Source: Nostoc sp. (GTDB lineage Bacteria > Cyanobacteriota > Cyanobacteriia > Cyanobacteriales > Nostocaceae). From it: a stretch of DNA of 64,000 nucleotides. Below the pieces are notes generated by a model. It was given only the letters and a program-made list of their open reading frames with translations. It did not search any database and was not told the DNA's origin. Below are positions 1 through 9,516 of this stretch, piece after piece. Position numbers and translations under genes: made by a program. The stretch is from contig JBALDB010000015.1 of assembly GCA_036918135.1 (NCBI GenBank), forward strand, positions 1-64,000. The letters are read 5' to 3'. Position 1 is the stretch's first letter. The number at the start of each line of letters is the position of its first letter.

Positions 1-221
1 CATAAATAATTTGTCAATGTTGTGTCAAGAGGATGTAAACTTTGCGACTGGTTGTAAATTAAAAGTCAACAGTTATCATAAGTTTTTTCACCATATTTAA
101 AGCTGCTAAGCTATACATAAATAATTTGTCAATGTTGTGTCAAGAGGATGTAAACTTTGCGACTGGTTGTAAATTAAAAGTCAACAGTTATCATAAGTTT
201 TTTCACCATACTTAAAGCTGC
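1..221. repeat. 115-bp direct tandem repeat, about 2 copies (may continue left of the window)
   Basis: Bases 1-106 recur at 116-221 with one mismatch (T96 vs C211). Confidence 0.95.
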
Positions 222-302
222 AACTTAATGTCAGTTCTTTGTTTAACTTGTTGCTGCTGGTACTTTTTTCGTAGGCGATCGCTAACGAATTAACCCAGTA
301 AA

Positions 303-500
303 ATAGGACTTACGACCAGCTACAAAACGTAGAGACAATACCCTGCAGTCAGCCACTTTGTATAAAAAAAACTTATGTCAAACGGAAGCTCTGCCTCCAG
401 TCAAATCAGGAGACAGAGCCTTATTGCTCGCATTACAAGTATTTCAGTGGCAGCAGTTTTGCGTTAACTATTAGCCGTTCGTCGAGCTTATAAATCCTAT
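303..500. mobile_element. Degenerate MITE-like element with a REP-like core
   Basis: ATAGGACTTACG at 303-314 and the imperfect inverse TATAAATCCTAT ending at 500; internal hairpin GCTCTGCCTCC...GGAGACAGAGC. Confidence 0.4.
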
Positions 501-510
501 ATTTGCTGCC

Positions 511-1962
511 TTAACGGGCAATATTTACTACCTGCCAAAATAGTTTTGGTGCAATCAGGAAAATTGACAATACGTATACTACAATACCTACAAATATAGA
601 AAGAACTAGTAATGCAGAAGAACTGATTAATGTACTCAAAAAGTATTTAACAATAAAAATAGCAATCAGCATAATTATTGTTCCTGCTAGAGGGATAGAA
701 CCTTGGCGCAGATAAGTTCCTACATCAATACGAATCAACTTCCAAACTACCCAAATATCGAGGGGTGACATCAAATAACTTCTGATAACGTAAGCTGCTG
801 CAACAGCAACAATTCCCCATTTAACTGAGAGAGCGAAGACAATAACATTACAGACGGCTTGTACAAAATCTAAAGCCAATTTCCAAAAAGGTTTTCCTAC
901 AGCCATGATTACAGGGGCATTGAAATAAAAATAAGCATAAATAATACCCATAAGATTCAAAACTTGCATTACTGGAATACTTGGCGACCACTTTTCTCCA
1001 AAAATAACCAATACTATTTCAGGTGCTAATATTACCGTGCCCATAAACCCTGGAAAAGTAATTAAACTTGTAAGTTGGATTCCTTTATAAAGTGCATTAC
1101 GTAATCTTTCCGGTTCTTCTTGTAATTTAGAAAACGTAGTAAGAGAAACTTTTGAAACAATGACAGTTAGTAATTGTGTTAAATTCAGTAGCAAACGATA
1201 GGCAACGCTGTAATACCCTAATGCAGTAGAACCCAGAAAATAGCCAATTAAAAAATCGTCAGAACGGCGGTTTAAAAAGTTAAATAAATTCATCCCCATT
1301 ACATTCACTCCAAAGGCAAATAGTTCTTTGAAGTGTTGTGAGGAAAATCTGAATCCTGGACGCCAGTCACTTACCCACCAAAGTACTAGAACTTGTGCAA
1401 AGCTATTGGTTAATTGCTGACCGACAAGGCTCCAAACTCCAAATCCCATAAACGCCATAGTTACACCGACTATTCCGCCAATAACTACTGCTATCAATGA
1501 GCGTATAGCAAGGGATTTGAAAGCTAGTTTACGTTGAAAAATTGCTTCTTGAACACTACTAAAACCACTGATTAGAAAGCCTAGAGATAAATAGCGGATT
1601 ATTGGCGTAATCTGTGGCTCTTTGAATAAATCACCAATCAATCCAGCACAAGCAATACTTATTATTGCTGTCAGTCCACTAACTCCTAAATTAGTCCAAA
1701 AGGCAGTATCTAAATGTTCTTTTTGTAAATCTTGACGTTGGACAATTGCTTGGGACAGACCTTGGTCAAGAAAAATTTGCAAAAAATTCAAAAATATGGT
1801 AGATAGAGCAACTAGACCAAAAGTTTCTGGCCCTAGCAAGCGTGCCAGTATGAAGAAAATACCGAGGGCAATAACTTGACGTCCCCAACTGTCTAGAGCA
1901 GACCAAAATACTCCTTTAACAGCTTTTTGTCGTAAATTTGATGAATCTTTACCTGATTGCAT
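511..1962 (-). CDS. wzx: Polysaccharide flippase, Wzx/WzxC (MOP) family
   Basis: 483-aa polytopic membrane protein; LARLLGPETFGLVA, RRSDDFLIGYFLGSTALGYYSVAYRL and 'LRQKAVKGVFWS' are typical of WzxC-type flippases. Confidence 0.9.
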   Translation of the reverse strand: MQSGKDSSNLRQKAVKGVFWSALDSWGRQVIALGIFFILARLLGPETFGLVALSTIFLNFLQIFLDQGLSQAIVQRQDLQKEHLDTAFWTNLGVSGLTAIISIACAGLIGDLFKEPQITPIIRYLSLGFLISGFSSVQEAIFQRKLAFKSLAIRSLIAVVIGGIVGVTMAFMGFGVWSLVGQQLTNSFAQVLVLWWVSDWRPGFRFSSQHFKELFAFGVNVMGMNLFNFLNRRSDDFLIGYFLGSTALGYYSVAYRLLLNLTQLLTVIVSKVSLTTFSKLQEEPERLRNALYKGIQLTSLITFPGFMGTVILAPEIVLVIFGEKWSPSIPVMQVLNLMGIIYAYFYFNAPVIMAVGKPFWKLALDFVQAVCNVIVFALSVKWGIVAVAAAYVIRSYLMSPLDIWVVWKLIRIDVGTYLRQGSIPLAGTIIMLIAIFIVKYFLSTLISSSALLVLSIFVGIVVYVLSIFLIAPKLFWQVVNIAR

Positions 1963-2366
1963 TACAGAGTTAACCCCTGAAATAACCTATTATAATGAAT
2001 GTAGCTTTATTGTGTATGCTTAAATCGTCTGTTTGATTTGCAACTAAACTTCGATACTCTTGTGATAGAACTAAATTTTTGTACATGGCGTTAGTTATTA
2101 TCCAAACTTTATAATCCAAAAACGACAAAGTAAAATATTATTAGTTAAGTGATTGATATAATCTTTATAAAAATAGTTTTTTAAATTTAAGTAAATATTA
2201 TACTAACTTTTGCAAATTTGTAGGCATTGAATAAACTTTACTAGTTTGTTGCAAACTTTCCCAAAATTATAGAAACTAGTGTGGAAACCTTTAAACCAGA
2301 TTGCCTTGTGTTGAGGTAAAAGTCAAGATTGGTTAAAAAGTTTGACTTTCGGAGAGATTTATAGTT

Positions 2367-3245
2367 ATGAATTCTTCCATTTTCAGACAGATTTTCTTGT
2401 GGTTAATCAGACCATTTAGTTTTTTATTAACACTGAATGGTCGAAATCGAATGAACCGCGTCTTTCCCATGCGAAATCCTATTTTGTGGCTAGTGCTGTT
2501 AACATCCCTACTACTGTCTGGTTGTGTTAAGTATGATGTGGGAGTTAACTTTAATAATGCAAATAGTGGCGAACTAGTACAACATATTAAGTTAGGAGAG
2601 CAGCTAACCAGTTTTAGTGGCGATTCTGTATACGAATGGTTAAACAGCATAGAGCGCCGCGCCCGGAAACTTGAGGGTAAAGCGCAACGAGTTTCTCAAG
2701 AAGAAATCATTGTGACAATTCCTTTTAGCAATGGTAGGGAATTGCAAGAAAAGTTCAACGAATTTTTTAACTCTCGTGCTAATCAACCTGCTGAGCCTGT
2801 GCAAAACCAATCTGACTCCGAACTACCAAAAATTGAATCAAATGTAATTTTGGAGCAGAACAATTTTTTACTATTAGTACAAAATCGGTTAATTTATGAT
2901 TTGGATTTGCGATCGCTGTCTCTAATTTCCAATAAAGGTAATGTCCTAGCTAATGCTGGTTCAATTCTCGATTTGGAATTCGCCTTAAAGACTCCTTGGG
3001 GAGCGAAAAATATTCCCCAAACTGAAACTGCGATCGAGCCAGAAAAGATTGGCAATCAACTGCTGTGGAAACTTCAGACTGGTCAGCTAAATCATATAGA
3101 AGCTGTTTTTTGGCTTCCCAGTCCTCTGGGGATCGGTGCATTATTAATTATCTTGTTTGTTTGGGGAGGATTGTACTTAAGATACAATTTTATGCCAGAC
3201 CCCAGGATTCAGTTTTCTCCCAAAGCAGCAGCAATCCAAGAATAG
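2367..3245 (+). CDS. DUF3153-like lipoprotein (real start may be ATG 2469)
   Basis: Lipobox LLSGC followed by VKYDVGVNF; C-terminal WLPSPLGIG plus a TM helix, as in cyanobacterial DUF3153. Confidence 0.75.
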   Translation: MNSSIFRQIFLWLIRPFSFLLTLNGRNRMNRVFPMRNPILWLVLLTSLLLSGCVKYDVGVNFNNANSGELVQHIKLGEQLTSFSGDSVYEWLNSIERRARKLEGKAQRVSQEEIIVTIPFSNGRELQEKFNEFFNSRANQPAEPVQNQSDSELPKIESNVILEQNNFLLLVQNRLIYDLDLRSLSLISNKGNVLANAGSILDLEFALKTPWGAKNIPQTETAIEPEKIGNQLLWKLQTGQLNHIEAVFWLPSPLGIGALLIILFVWGGLYLRYNFMPDPRIQFSPKAAAIQE

Positions 3246-3409
3246 TAGACTACTCATCTATTCAATATTCTCAGTTTAGCCGATGGAGAATGCATCGGCT
3301 TTTTTACTGATACTAATTCTCTAATAAATATATATTTATTAAAACGTAGATATAGTAAATGCTTTTGATTTTTCAACTTATAAAAGTAGTAGGAGTGGGC
3401 CATAAGGAA

Positions 3410-3534
3410 TAGACCTCTTGCATAAATCCTTAAACTATCATATTAAGCAAAGTGAAACATTTGGTGAGATTCTTCCCTATACTACGTTTCGTTCAGAATG
3501 ACGTTCCTAATTTTTGACTTTTGCAAGAGGTCTA
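3410..3534. mobile_element. MITE with 13-bp perfect terminal inverted repeats and a degenerate REP-like interior
   Basis: TAGACCTCTTGCA (3410-3422) and TGCAAGAGGTCTA (3522-3534); no internal ORF. Confidence 0.75.
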
Positions 3535-3709
3535 ATAAAGAATCAGTGTTTACCAGTTGAGGGCAAGTTTTTTGACGCAATCAAATTAAAAGTCCTATAG
3601 TTACTTTTTAGAAACTACTTTACTTCAGTAAGTAATTACTTTTATTATCTGAGGTAATGCTTTGAAATTTCGCCTCAAAAGTAGTAAATCCCAGGCAAGA
3701 AGGAGATAT

Positions 3710-4336
3710 TTGGTGATAAGCATCTTACATATTGATTCCAGTCCCCGTGGTGAAAGATCGCACTCCAGAGAACTATCGAAGAAATTCATCAGTGCTTGGA
3801 AAGCAGCGCATCCTGAAGATGCGATCGCCTATCGAGATTTAGGGCATCACCCAGTTCCTCACATTGACGAACCTTGGATTGCAGCTGCTTTTTCACTACC
3901 AGAAAGCCACACTCCAGAATTAACCGAAGCGATCCGGATTTCAGACGACTTAGTTGATGAATTTTTAGCTGCCGATCGCTACGTCTTTGGAGTGCCAATG
4001 TACAACTTTAATGTACCTTCCACTTTTAAGGCTTACATCGACCAAATCGTTCGCCCTAACAGAACTTTTACTATAGATGCTCAAGGCATTTATAAAGGCT
4101 TAGTCGAGGGTAAAAAGGCAGTCATCATCACTGCTCGCGGTGGTGACTTTAGCGCCACATCTCCTTTAGTTGCCTATGACTTCCAAGAACCATACCTGCG
4201 GGCAATTTTTGCCTTTATTGGGGTTACAGACATTCTATTTATTAACGCTAATAGCTTAGATGAGGGTGATCACAGTCGTACCCAATCTTTATCACAAGCA
4301 CGAGCAGCAATTCAAGATTTAATCGCTCACTGGTAG
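3710..4336 (+). CDS. azoR: FMN-dependent NADH-azoreductase
   Basis: ILHIDSSPRGERSHSR, PMYNFNVPSTFKAYID and TARGG motifs. AAGGAG at 3700-3705 favours a TTG 3710 or GTG 3713 start over 3662. Confidence 0.9.
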   Translation: MVISILHIDSSPRGERSHSRELSKKFISAWKAAHPEDAIAYRDLGHHPVPHIDEPWIAAAFSLPESHTPELTEAIRISDDLVDEFLAADRYVFGVPMYNFNVPSTFKAYIDQIVRPNRTFTIDAQGIYKGLVEGKKAVIITARGGDFSATSPLVAYDFQEPYLRAIFAFIGVTDILFINANSLDEGDHSRTQSLSQARAAIQDLIAHW

Positions 4337-4437
4337 GTAAAAGGGACACGGGGACGCTCTAACACAAGACACATCAGAAATTCTCACCCCCTCACTCCAT
4401 CCCCGTGTCTCCCATTCCTGGCGTCAGTGCGTCTTTT

Positions 4438-5082
4438 TTATGGCGATAACCGCTCAATTTTCCAAGTGCCATTATTTAAATGGGTATACAGTAAGCGATC
4501 GTGAAGACGGCTAGGACGGCCTTGCCAAAATTCAATTTCTGTAGGGATCACTCGTAAGCCTCCCCAATGAGGTGGCCGGGGGATCTCTTGATTTTCATAT
4601 TGGCTCTTATACTCTTGGAAGCGCCGCTCAAGAATTTCTCTACTTTCAATCGGTTCGCTTTGATTAGATACCCACGCACCTAAGCGACTGTTAACAGGGC
4701 GACTGTGAAAATACAAATCAGACTCGGTTTCGGAAACTTTCTCCACATAGCCACTAATCCGCACTTGACGTTGCAGTTCTGCCCACCAGAAAACTAAAGC
4801 CGCTTGGGGATTCTCTGCCAGTTCTTGTCCTTTGTGACTGTTATAGTTGGTGAAGAAGGTAAAGCCGCGTCGGTCGAAATCTTTGAGCAGCACCATTCTA
4901 GCTGAAGGCTTACCATCTGGCGTGGCAGTAGCAACGGTCATGGCATTGGGTTCGGGAAGTTGCGCTGATAGTGCTTGATCGAACCACTTTTTAAATTGAA
5001 TAAAAGGATTGAGGTCAATTTCGAGTTCGCTTAAACCTTGTAAGGTATAATCCTTGCGAAGGTCGGCTATGGTTTTGTCCAT
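4438..5082 (-). CDS. pdxH: Pyridoxamine 5'-phosphate oxidase
   Basis: [26 protein letters not shown] and [14 protein letters not shown] motifs. Confidence 0.97.
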   Translation of the reverse strand: MDKTIADLRKDYTLQGLSELEIDLNPFIQFKKWFDQALSAQLPEPNAMTVATATPDGKPSARMVLLKDFDRRGFTFFTNYNSHKGQELAENPQAALVFWWAELQRQVRISGYVEKVSETESDLYFHSRPVNSRLGAWVSNQSEPIESREILERRFQEYKSQYENQEIPRPPHWGGLRVIPTEIEFWQGRPSRLHDRLLYTHLNNGTWKIERLSP

Positions 5083-5209
5083 TCTAATTTGCCTCCTAGC
5101 TATCAGATAGGCTAATAAATGTCTTTGTTAAAAATATCTACGATCGCGATCGGCATCAACACTGGTTTTACAATTTATCTCTAGAAGTCTTGAAAGCAGA
5201 TTGCATTAG

Positions 5210-6295
5210 ATGCGCCGTTCCGCTTCCCTTAAACGTTTGTTAATCTATGGTTTGAGCGGTCCACTGATCGCTCTCAATATCTGGTTACTGTCCGTGTTTT
5301 TTCGCTATTTCCAGCATCCAATTAGCATTTTGAGTATTGCAGCAATTTTGGCTTTTTTACTAAATTATGCGGTTAAGTTCTTTGAACGCGCTCTGATTAC
5401 TCGCACTCAAGCGGTAATTGTTGTCCTGCTTGCCACTTTGACCATTTTGGTAATCCTGGGGGTAACATTAGTACCGATGCTGATTGACCAAACAATCCAA
5501 TTATTAAACAAGATTCCCGATTGGTTAACTGCCAGTCAAACAAACCTAGAGCAGTTTGAAGCACTTGCCAAACAAAAACGTTTGCCAATTGATTTGAGGG
5601 TTGTGAGCAATCAAATTAATGCCAACATTCAGAGTGTAGTGCAACAGCTAGCTTCTGGTGCAGTAGGATTTGCGGGGACGCTTTTGTCAGGATTACTTGA
5701 CCTAGTACTAATAGTAGTGCTGGCCTTTTATATGCTTTTATATGGCGAGCGCGTCTGGTATGGTCTGGTGAATCTTTTGCCCTCTAGTATAGGAGATCCC
5801 TTAACTACATCCTTGCGGCTAAATTTCCAAAACTTCTTCCTCAGCCAGTTGTTGTTGGGACTATTCATGATAGTAACCCTAACGCCAATTTTCTTAATCA
5901 TAAAGGTGCCTTTTGCTCTGTTGTTTGCCATATTAATTGGAATCTCAGAACTGATTCCCTTTATTGGAGCCTCTCTCGGCATCGGCCTAGTGACAATTTT
6001 GGTATTATTGCAAAATTGGTGGTTAGCAGTTCAAGTTGCTTTAGCTGCAATTGTTATGCAGCAGCTTAAAGATAATCTATTAGCTCCTAGATTACTCGGC
6101 AACTTTATCGGACTGAATCCTATCTGGATTTTTGTTGCTATTTTAATGGGGTATGATATCGCTGGGTTATTCGGGACAGTTGTTGCTGTTCCGATTGCTG
6201 GTACCATTAAAGGCACTTTTGATGCCATCAAAAGCGGCAAATCTGCTGAGTTTGTATCAACAGTCACTATTCCTCATCAGCCGCCCCTCGATTAA
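5210..6295 (+). CDS. AI-2E family transporter
   Basis: Multi-TM 361 aa; LIPFIGA, QQLKDNLLAPRLLGNFIGLNP and VAVPIAG motifs. Confidence 0.88.
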   Translation: MRRSASLKRLLIYGLSGPLIALNIWLLSVFFRYFQHPISILSIAAILAFLLNYAVKFFERALITRTQAVIVVLLATLTILVILGVTLVPMLIDQTIQLLNKIPDWLTASQTNLEQFEALAKQKRLPIDLRVVSNQINANIQSVVQQLASGAVGFAGTLLSGLLDLVLIVVLAFYMLLYGERVWYGLVNLLPSSIGDPLTTSLRLNFQNFFLSQLLLGLFMIVTLTPIFLIIKVPFALLFAILIGISELIPFIGASLGIGLVTILVLLQNWWLAVQVALAAIVMQQLKDNLLAPRLLGNFIGLNPIWIFVAILMGYDIAGLFGTVVAVPIAGTIKGTFDAIKSGKSAEFVSTVTIPHQPPLD

Positions 6296-6590
6296 ATCTT
6301 GAGAATGCACGTTAATAGCGTTGGTTTGGCGGTAGTCGGTACGCGGACAAGATACAGCAGTTTGCAAGTAAATGAGGTACAAAATGCAGGAATTAAAATC
6401 AGACATAAACAGTTTCTGCCTCCTGCTTCCTGCTTCAAAACCCGTAGCTTTGTACTTCATGCAGGAGAAAACTGCTGTAATTAGACAAATATGCAAGGCT
6501 GATTTAAGAATTGTGGCGTGCCTATTGTAACTTTGTGCCTAAAGTATTTAATAGTCAAGCAATACCAATAATTTACCAGAGGAGTGGGAA

Positions 6591-6755
6591 ATGCAAAAGT
6601 ATATATGTACTGTTTGCGGCTATTTATACGATCCAGAAGAAGGTGATGAAGACAGCGGTATATCACCAGGAACATCTTTTGAAGATATACCAGATGAGTG
6701 GTCATGTCCGACTTGTGGTGCCCAAAAATCAGACTTTGAACCTTATGAAGAGTGA
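6591..6755 (+). CDS. Rubredoxin, 54 aa (absent from the ORF track)
   Basis: Hand translation [54 protein letters not shown] has two CxxC knuckles; GAGGAG RBS at 6579-6584. Confidence 0.95.
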   Translation: MQKYICTVCGYLYDPEEGDEDSGISPGTSFEDIPDEWSCPTCGAQKSDFEPYEE

Positions 6756-6800
6756 AGATAACAGTTAGCCTAGAGAGTAGATGCTCAAAAAGAGATATTT

Positions 6801-8045
6801 TTGAAATTGCTACCGTTACAAATTGTAGTTATTGGGGGTGGGGCAGCGGGTTTTTTTGGTGCGATCGCTTGTGCTAAAGTCAATCCCGATGCCCAAGTTA
6901 CTTTACTCGAAGCTAGTCGCCAACCTCTAGCAAAAGTGCTAATTTCTGGTGGCGGACGCTGTAACGTCACTCACGCTTGCTTCGATCCTGGAGAATTAGT
7001 GCAAAATTACCCCAGAGGCGCAAAAGCCTTGCGGGGTGCTTTTACTCGGTTTCAAGCTCAAGATACAGTAGCTTGGTTTGCTAGCCACGGAGTCTATTTA
7101 AAAACTGAAGCCGATGGTCGGATATTTCCTGTTACTAATACTTCAGAAACGATTGTAGAATGTCTGATTAAAGCGGCAGCGATATCTGGGGTCAAACTTC
7201 GCATCGCTACACCTGTAACTTCGGTGAAGCACACTTCCAAAGACCGGGGATTTGATATCCTGTTGAAGTCGGGAGAGACAATTCAATGCGATCGCCTACT
7301 TCTTGCTAGCGGCAGTAACTTACTAGGTTATAAAATTGCTAGGGAGTTAGGGCATAAAATTGAACCACCCGTTCCTTCTTTATTTACCTTCACCATTCTT
7401 GACCAAAAGCTCAGGGATCTAGCTGGAGTTAGTCTTGACTCTGTGCAATTGCGGCTATGTATAGGCGAAAAATCCCAATTACAACAAACTGGCCCGTTAC
7501 TAATTACCCATTGGGGTTTGAGTGGCCCCGCTGTTTTGAAGCTTTCTGCTTGGGGTGCAAGAGTTCTCCACCAAAGCCACTATCAAGCAACATTATTAAT
7601 TAACTGGCTGCCTCATTTGCAACAAGAACAAGTGCGACAACAAATTTTAGCAGTCAAGAATGAATGGGCAAAAAAAGCGATCGCATTGCATCGTGGTGTT
7701 GACCTACCCCATCGTCTCTGGCAATATATCATTGCCCGCGCAGGCATTAGCATAGAAGACCGTTGGGCAGGAATATCTAATAAAACTTTAAATCAGTTGG
7801 TGCAAGAACTCACTCAGGGGGAATATTTAATTAGTGGTAAAGGAGTTTTTAAAGAAGAATTTGTTACTTGTGGCGGTGTTAATCTCAAAGAAGTAAATTT
7901 TAAAACAATGGAAAGTAAATTACTTCCTGGTCTTTATTTTGCTGGAGAAATTTTAGATATTGATGGTGTAACTGGTGGTTTTAACTTCCAAAGTGCTTGG
8001 ACAACTGCGTATTTAGCTGGTAACGCGATGGGAACTAAGTATTAG
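6801..8045 (+). CDS. HI0933/YhiN(BaiN)-family flavoprotein
   Basis: GGGAAG FAD motif, KVLISGGGRCNVT, LLITHWGLSGP, FVTCGGV and GEILDIDGVTGGFNFQSAW. Confidence 0.92.
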   Translation: MKLLPLQIVVIGGGAAGFFGAIACAKVNPDAQVTLLEASRQPLAKVLISGGGRCNVTHACFDPGELVQNYPRGAKALRGAFTRFQAQDTVAWFASHGVYLKTEADGRIFPVTNTSETIVECLIKAAAISGVKLRIATPVTSVKHTSKDRGFDILLKSGETIQCDRLLLASGSNLLGYKIARELGHKIEPPVPSLFTFTILDQKLRDLAGVSLDSVQLRLCIGEKSQLQQTGPLLITHWGLSGPAVLKLSAWGARVLHQSHYQATLLINWLPHLQQEQVRQQILAVKNEWAKKAIALHRGVDLPHRLWQYIIARAGISIEDRWAGISNKTLNQLVQELTQGEYLISGKGVFKEEFVTCGGVNLKEVNFKTMESKLLPGLYFAGEILDIDGVTGGFNFQSAWTTAYLAGNAMGTKY

Positions 8046-8072
8046 TCCAGTTGAAGATTAATCGATACTCCA

Positions 8073-8250
8073 AGAGGTCATTTATAAAGTAAAAATCAAA
8101 TTACCGTAGGGTGTATTAAGTGTATATTTTTAGATGATTTGTCACTAAAAAGATGATGAAAGCAGCTAACGTAGCATGTAAATAATGCTGGATAATAGTA
8201 TTAGCCTTGCCACGCTACTACCTTAAGATTTACTTTATAAATAGTCTCTA
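8073..8250. mobile_element. MITE-like element bounded by inverted repeats
   Basis: AGAGGTC-ATTTATAAAGTAAA (8073-8093) and TTTACTTTATAAAT-AGTCTCT (8229-8249), with a 14-bp perfect core. Confidence 0.55.
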
Positions 8251-8324
8251 ACACAGAGATATTTTTATCTCAATTGACTATTACATAACAAGCTTGTAAA
8301 AATCTTTTGCTTGTTAAATTTTAA

Positions 8325-8349
8325 AAGGGTTTAGCAATGCTAAACCCTT
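8325..8349. terminator. Perfect hairpin (REP-like), possible terminator downstream of rpsU
   Basis: AAGGGTTTAGCA-A-TGCTAAACCCTT, followed by a T-run on the minus strand. Confidence 0.55.
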
Positions 8350-8500
8350 ATTCCCAATTTTCAAGACGGTCGCTCGTGAGAAAATTCCATAGCATAGTAT
8401 CAAAAAGGAATATATCCTACTCCCTTTTTCATACCAGTATTGCCACGATGAAGAGATGCTGGCTGAATGTCAAATCGAAGAGCAAAATTGCACTTAATTC

Positions 8501-8695
8501 TTACCTAAAACGAGAATTTTGTTTACGACGTTGCTTGTGCCTAGCAATTGCTTTACGCTTTTCTTTTTCTATTGGCGTCTCGAAGTGACGTTTCTTTCTC
8601 ATATCTTGGAAAATTCCTGCTTTAGAAACTTCCCGTTTAAATCTTCGCAAGGCCGATTCAATACCTTCATTCTCCCCTAAAACTACTTGTGTCAT
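8501..8695 (-). CDS. rpsU: 30S ribosomal protein S21
   Basis: [21 protein letters not shown]...RHFETP. Confidence 0.96.
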   Translation of the reverse strand: MTQVVLGENEGIESALRRFKREVSKAGIFQDMRKKRHFETPIEKEKRKAIARHKQRRKQNSRFR

Positions 8696-8818
8696 TCTGA
8701 TTTCTCCTGAATGTGGATTAATAATTCAAAACTAGATACAAAATAAAATATTCCAGCAGAGTTGAGCCTTTGGCTTTTTCTGCTGGAGACTCTAGATGTG
8801 AAATTTTTAGGAATCGAT

Positions 8819-9127
8819 TTAGTAGTTTCGGTTGCGGCGGGCGTTGCCGCCACCCCAGCTACCACGAGAGGAATTGTTTCTTTCCTCACGAGGTTTAGCT
8901 TTGTTTACTCTCAAATCACGTCCCATCCATTCAGCACCATCAAGTGCGTCAATCGCAGCTTGTTCTTCTGCATCTGTTTTCATTTCCACAAAAGCGAACC
9001 CACGCGGCTTACCCGTTTCTCTATCTGTGGGTAATTGAACACGCGCTACTGTTCCGTATTCTGCAAAAGCCTGTTTTAGGTCTTCTTCCGTAACCTGATA
9101 GGACAGGTTACCAATGTAAATTGACAT
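8819..9127 (-). CDS. rbp: Single-RRM RNA-binding protein with a short Gly-rich tail (cold-inducible rbp family)
   Basis: RNP2 IYIGNL and RNP1 RGFAFVEM. The start is MSIYIGN at 9127 rather than the ORF-track start. It lies upstream of rpsU, as in Anabaena rbpA1-rpsU. Confidence 0.95.
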   Translation of the reverse strand: MSIYIGNLSYQVTEEDLKQAFAEYGTVARVQLPTDRETGKPRGFAFVEMKTDAEEQAAIDALDGAEWMGRDLRVNKAKPREERNNSSRGSWGGGNARRNRNY

Positions 9128-9130
9128 AAG

Positions 9131-9175
9131 AGTCTCCGAATTTAGGGAGTGTAGAGAGTTAAATTCGGAGAGACG
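9131..9175 (-). promoter_or_regulatory. Conserved rbp 5'-UTR hairpin that pairs with the RBS
   Basis: TCTCCGAATTTA (9133-9144) and TAAATTCGGAGA (9160-9171) form a 12-bp inverted repeat. On the mRNA the TTCGGAGA RBS pairs with the upstream TCTCCGAA. Confidence 0.8.
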
Positions 9176-9516
9176 CTTTTTAGAAATCAAAACGAGTTAC
9201 TCAACCGAACATAATCCTTATATGGATAAGTGTAGCACAGCCTTTGAATATGGACTCGTGCTGAATTTTATTTGCAATAAAAGCTTTTGGGCAAACTTGC
9301 AGCCCTTCAAACAAAATGCTTTTGTTGGTTTTACTATGATAGTTTCAATCTGAAAAATTAATCAGTATAAACAAGCGATCGCTCAGATAACTCAGTGTTT
9401 TAGAAATTCAGATATGTACTATGTCTTAAGGATTATTTACTAGTGGGGTCAATTATACCATAAATAACTGTGTTAGCGAATTGGAAAATATTTATCTCCA
9501 AATATCCTAAGAAGTT

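Noticed and set aside
1..221. Possible CRISPR array
   Set aside because: The repeat unit is over 100 bp with no unique spacers, and there are no cas genes in the window.
6511..6768. 85-aa ORF-track protein, and the antisense 74-aa ORF at 6481-6705
   Set aside because: Both overlap the clear rubredoxin in other frames and have no recognisable motifs.
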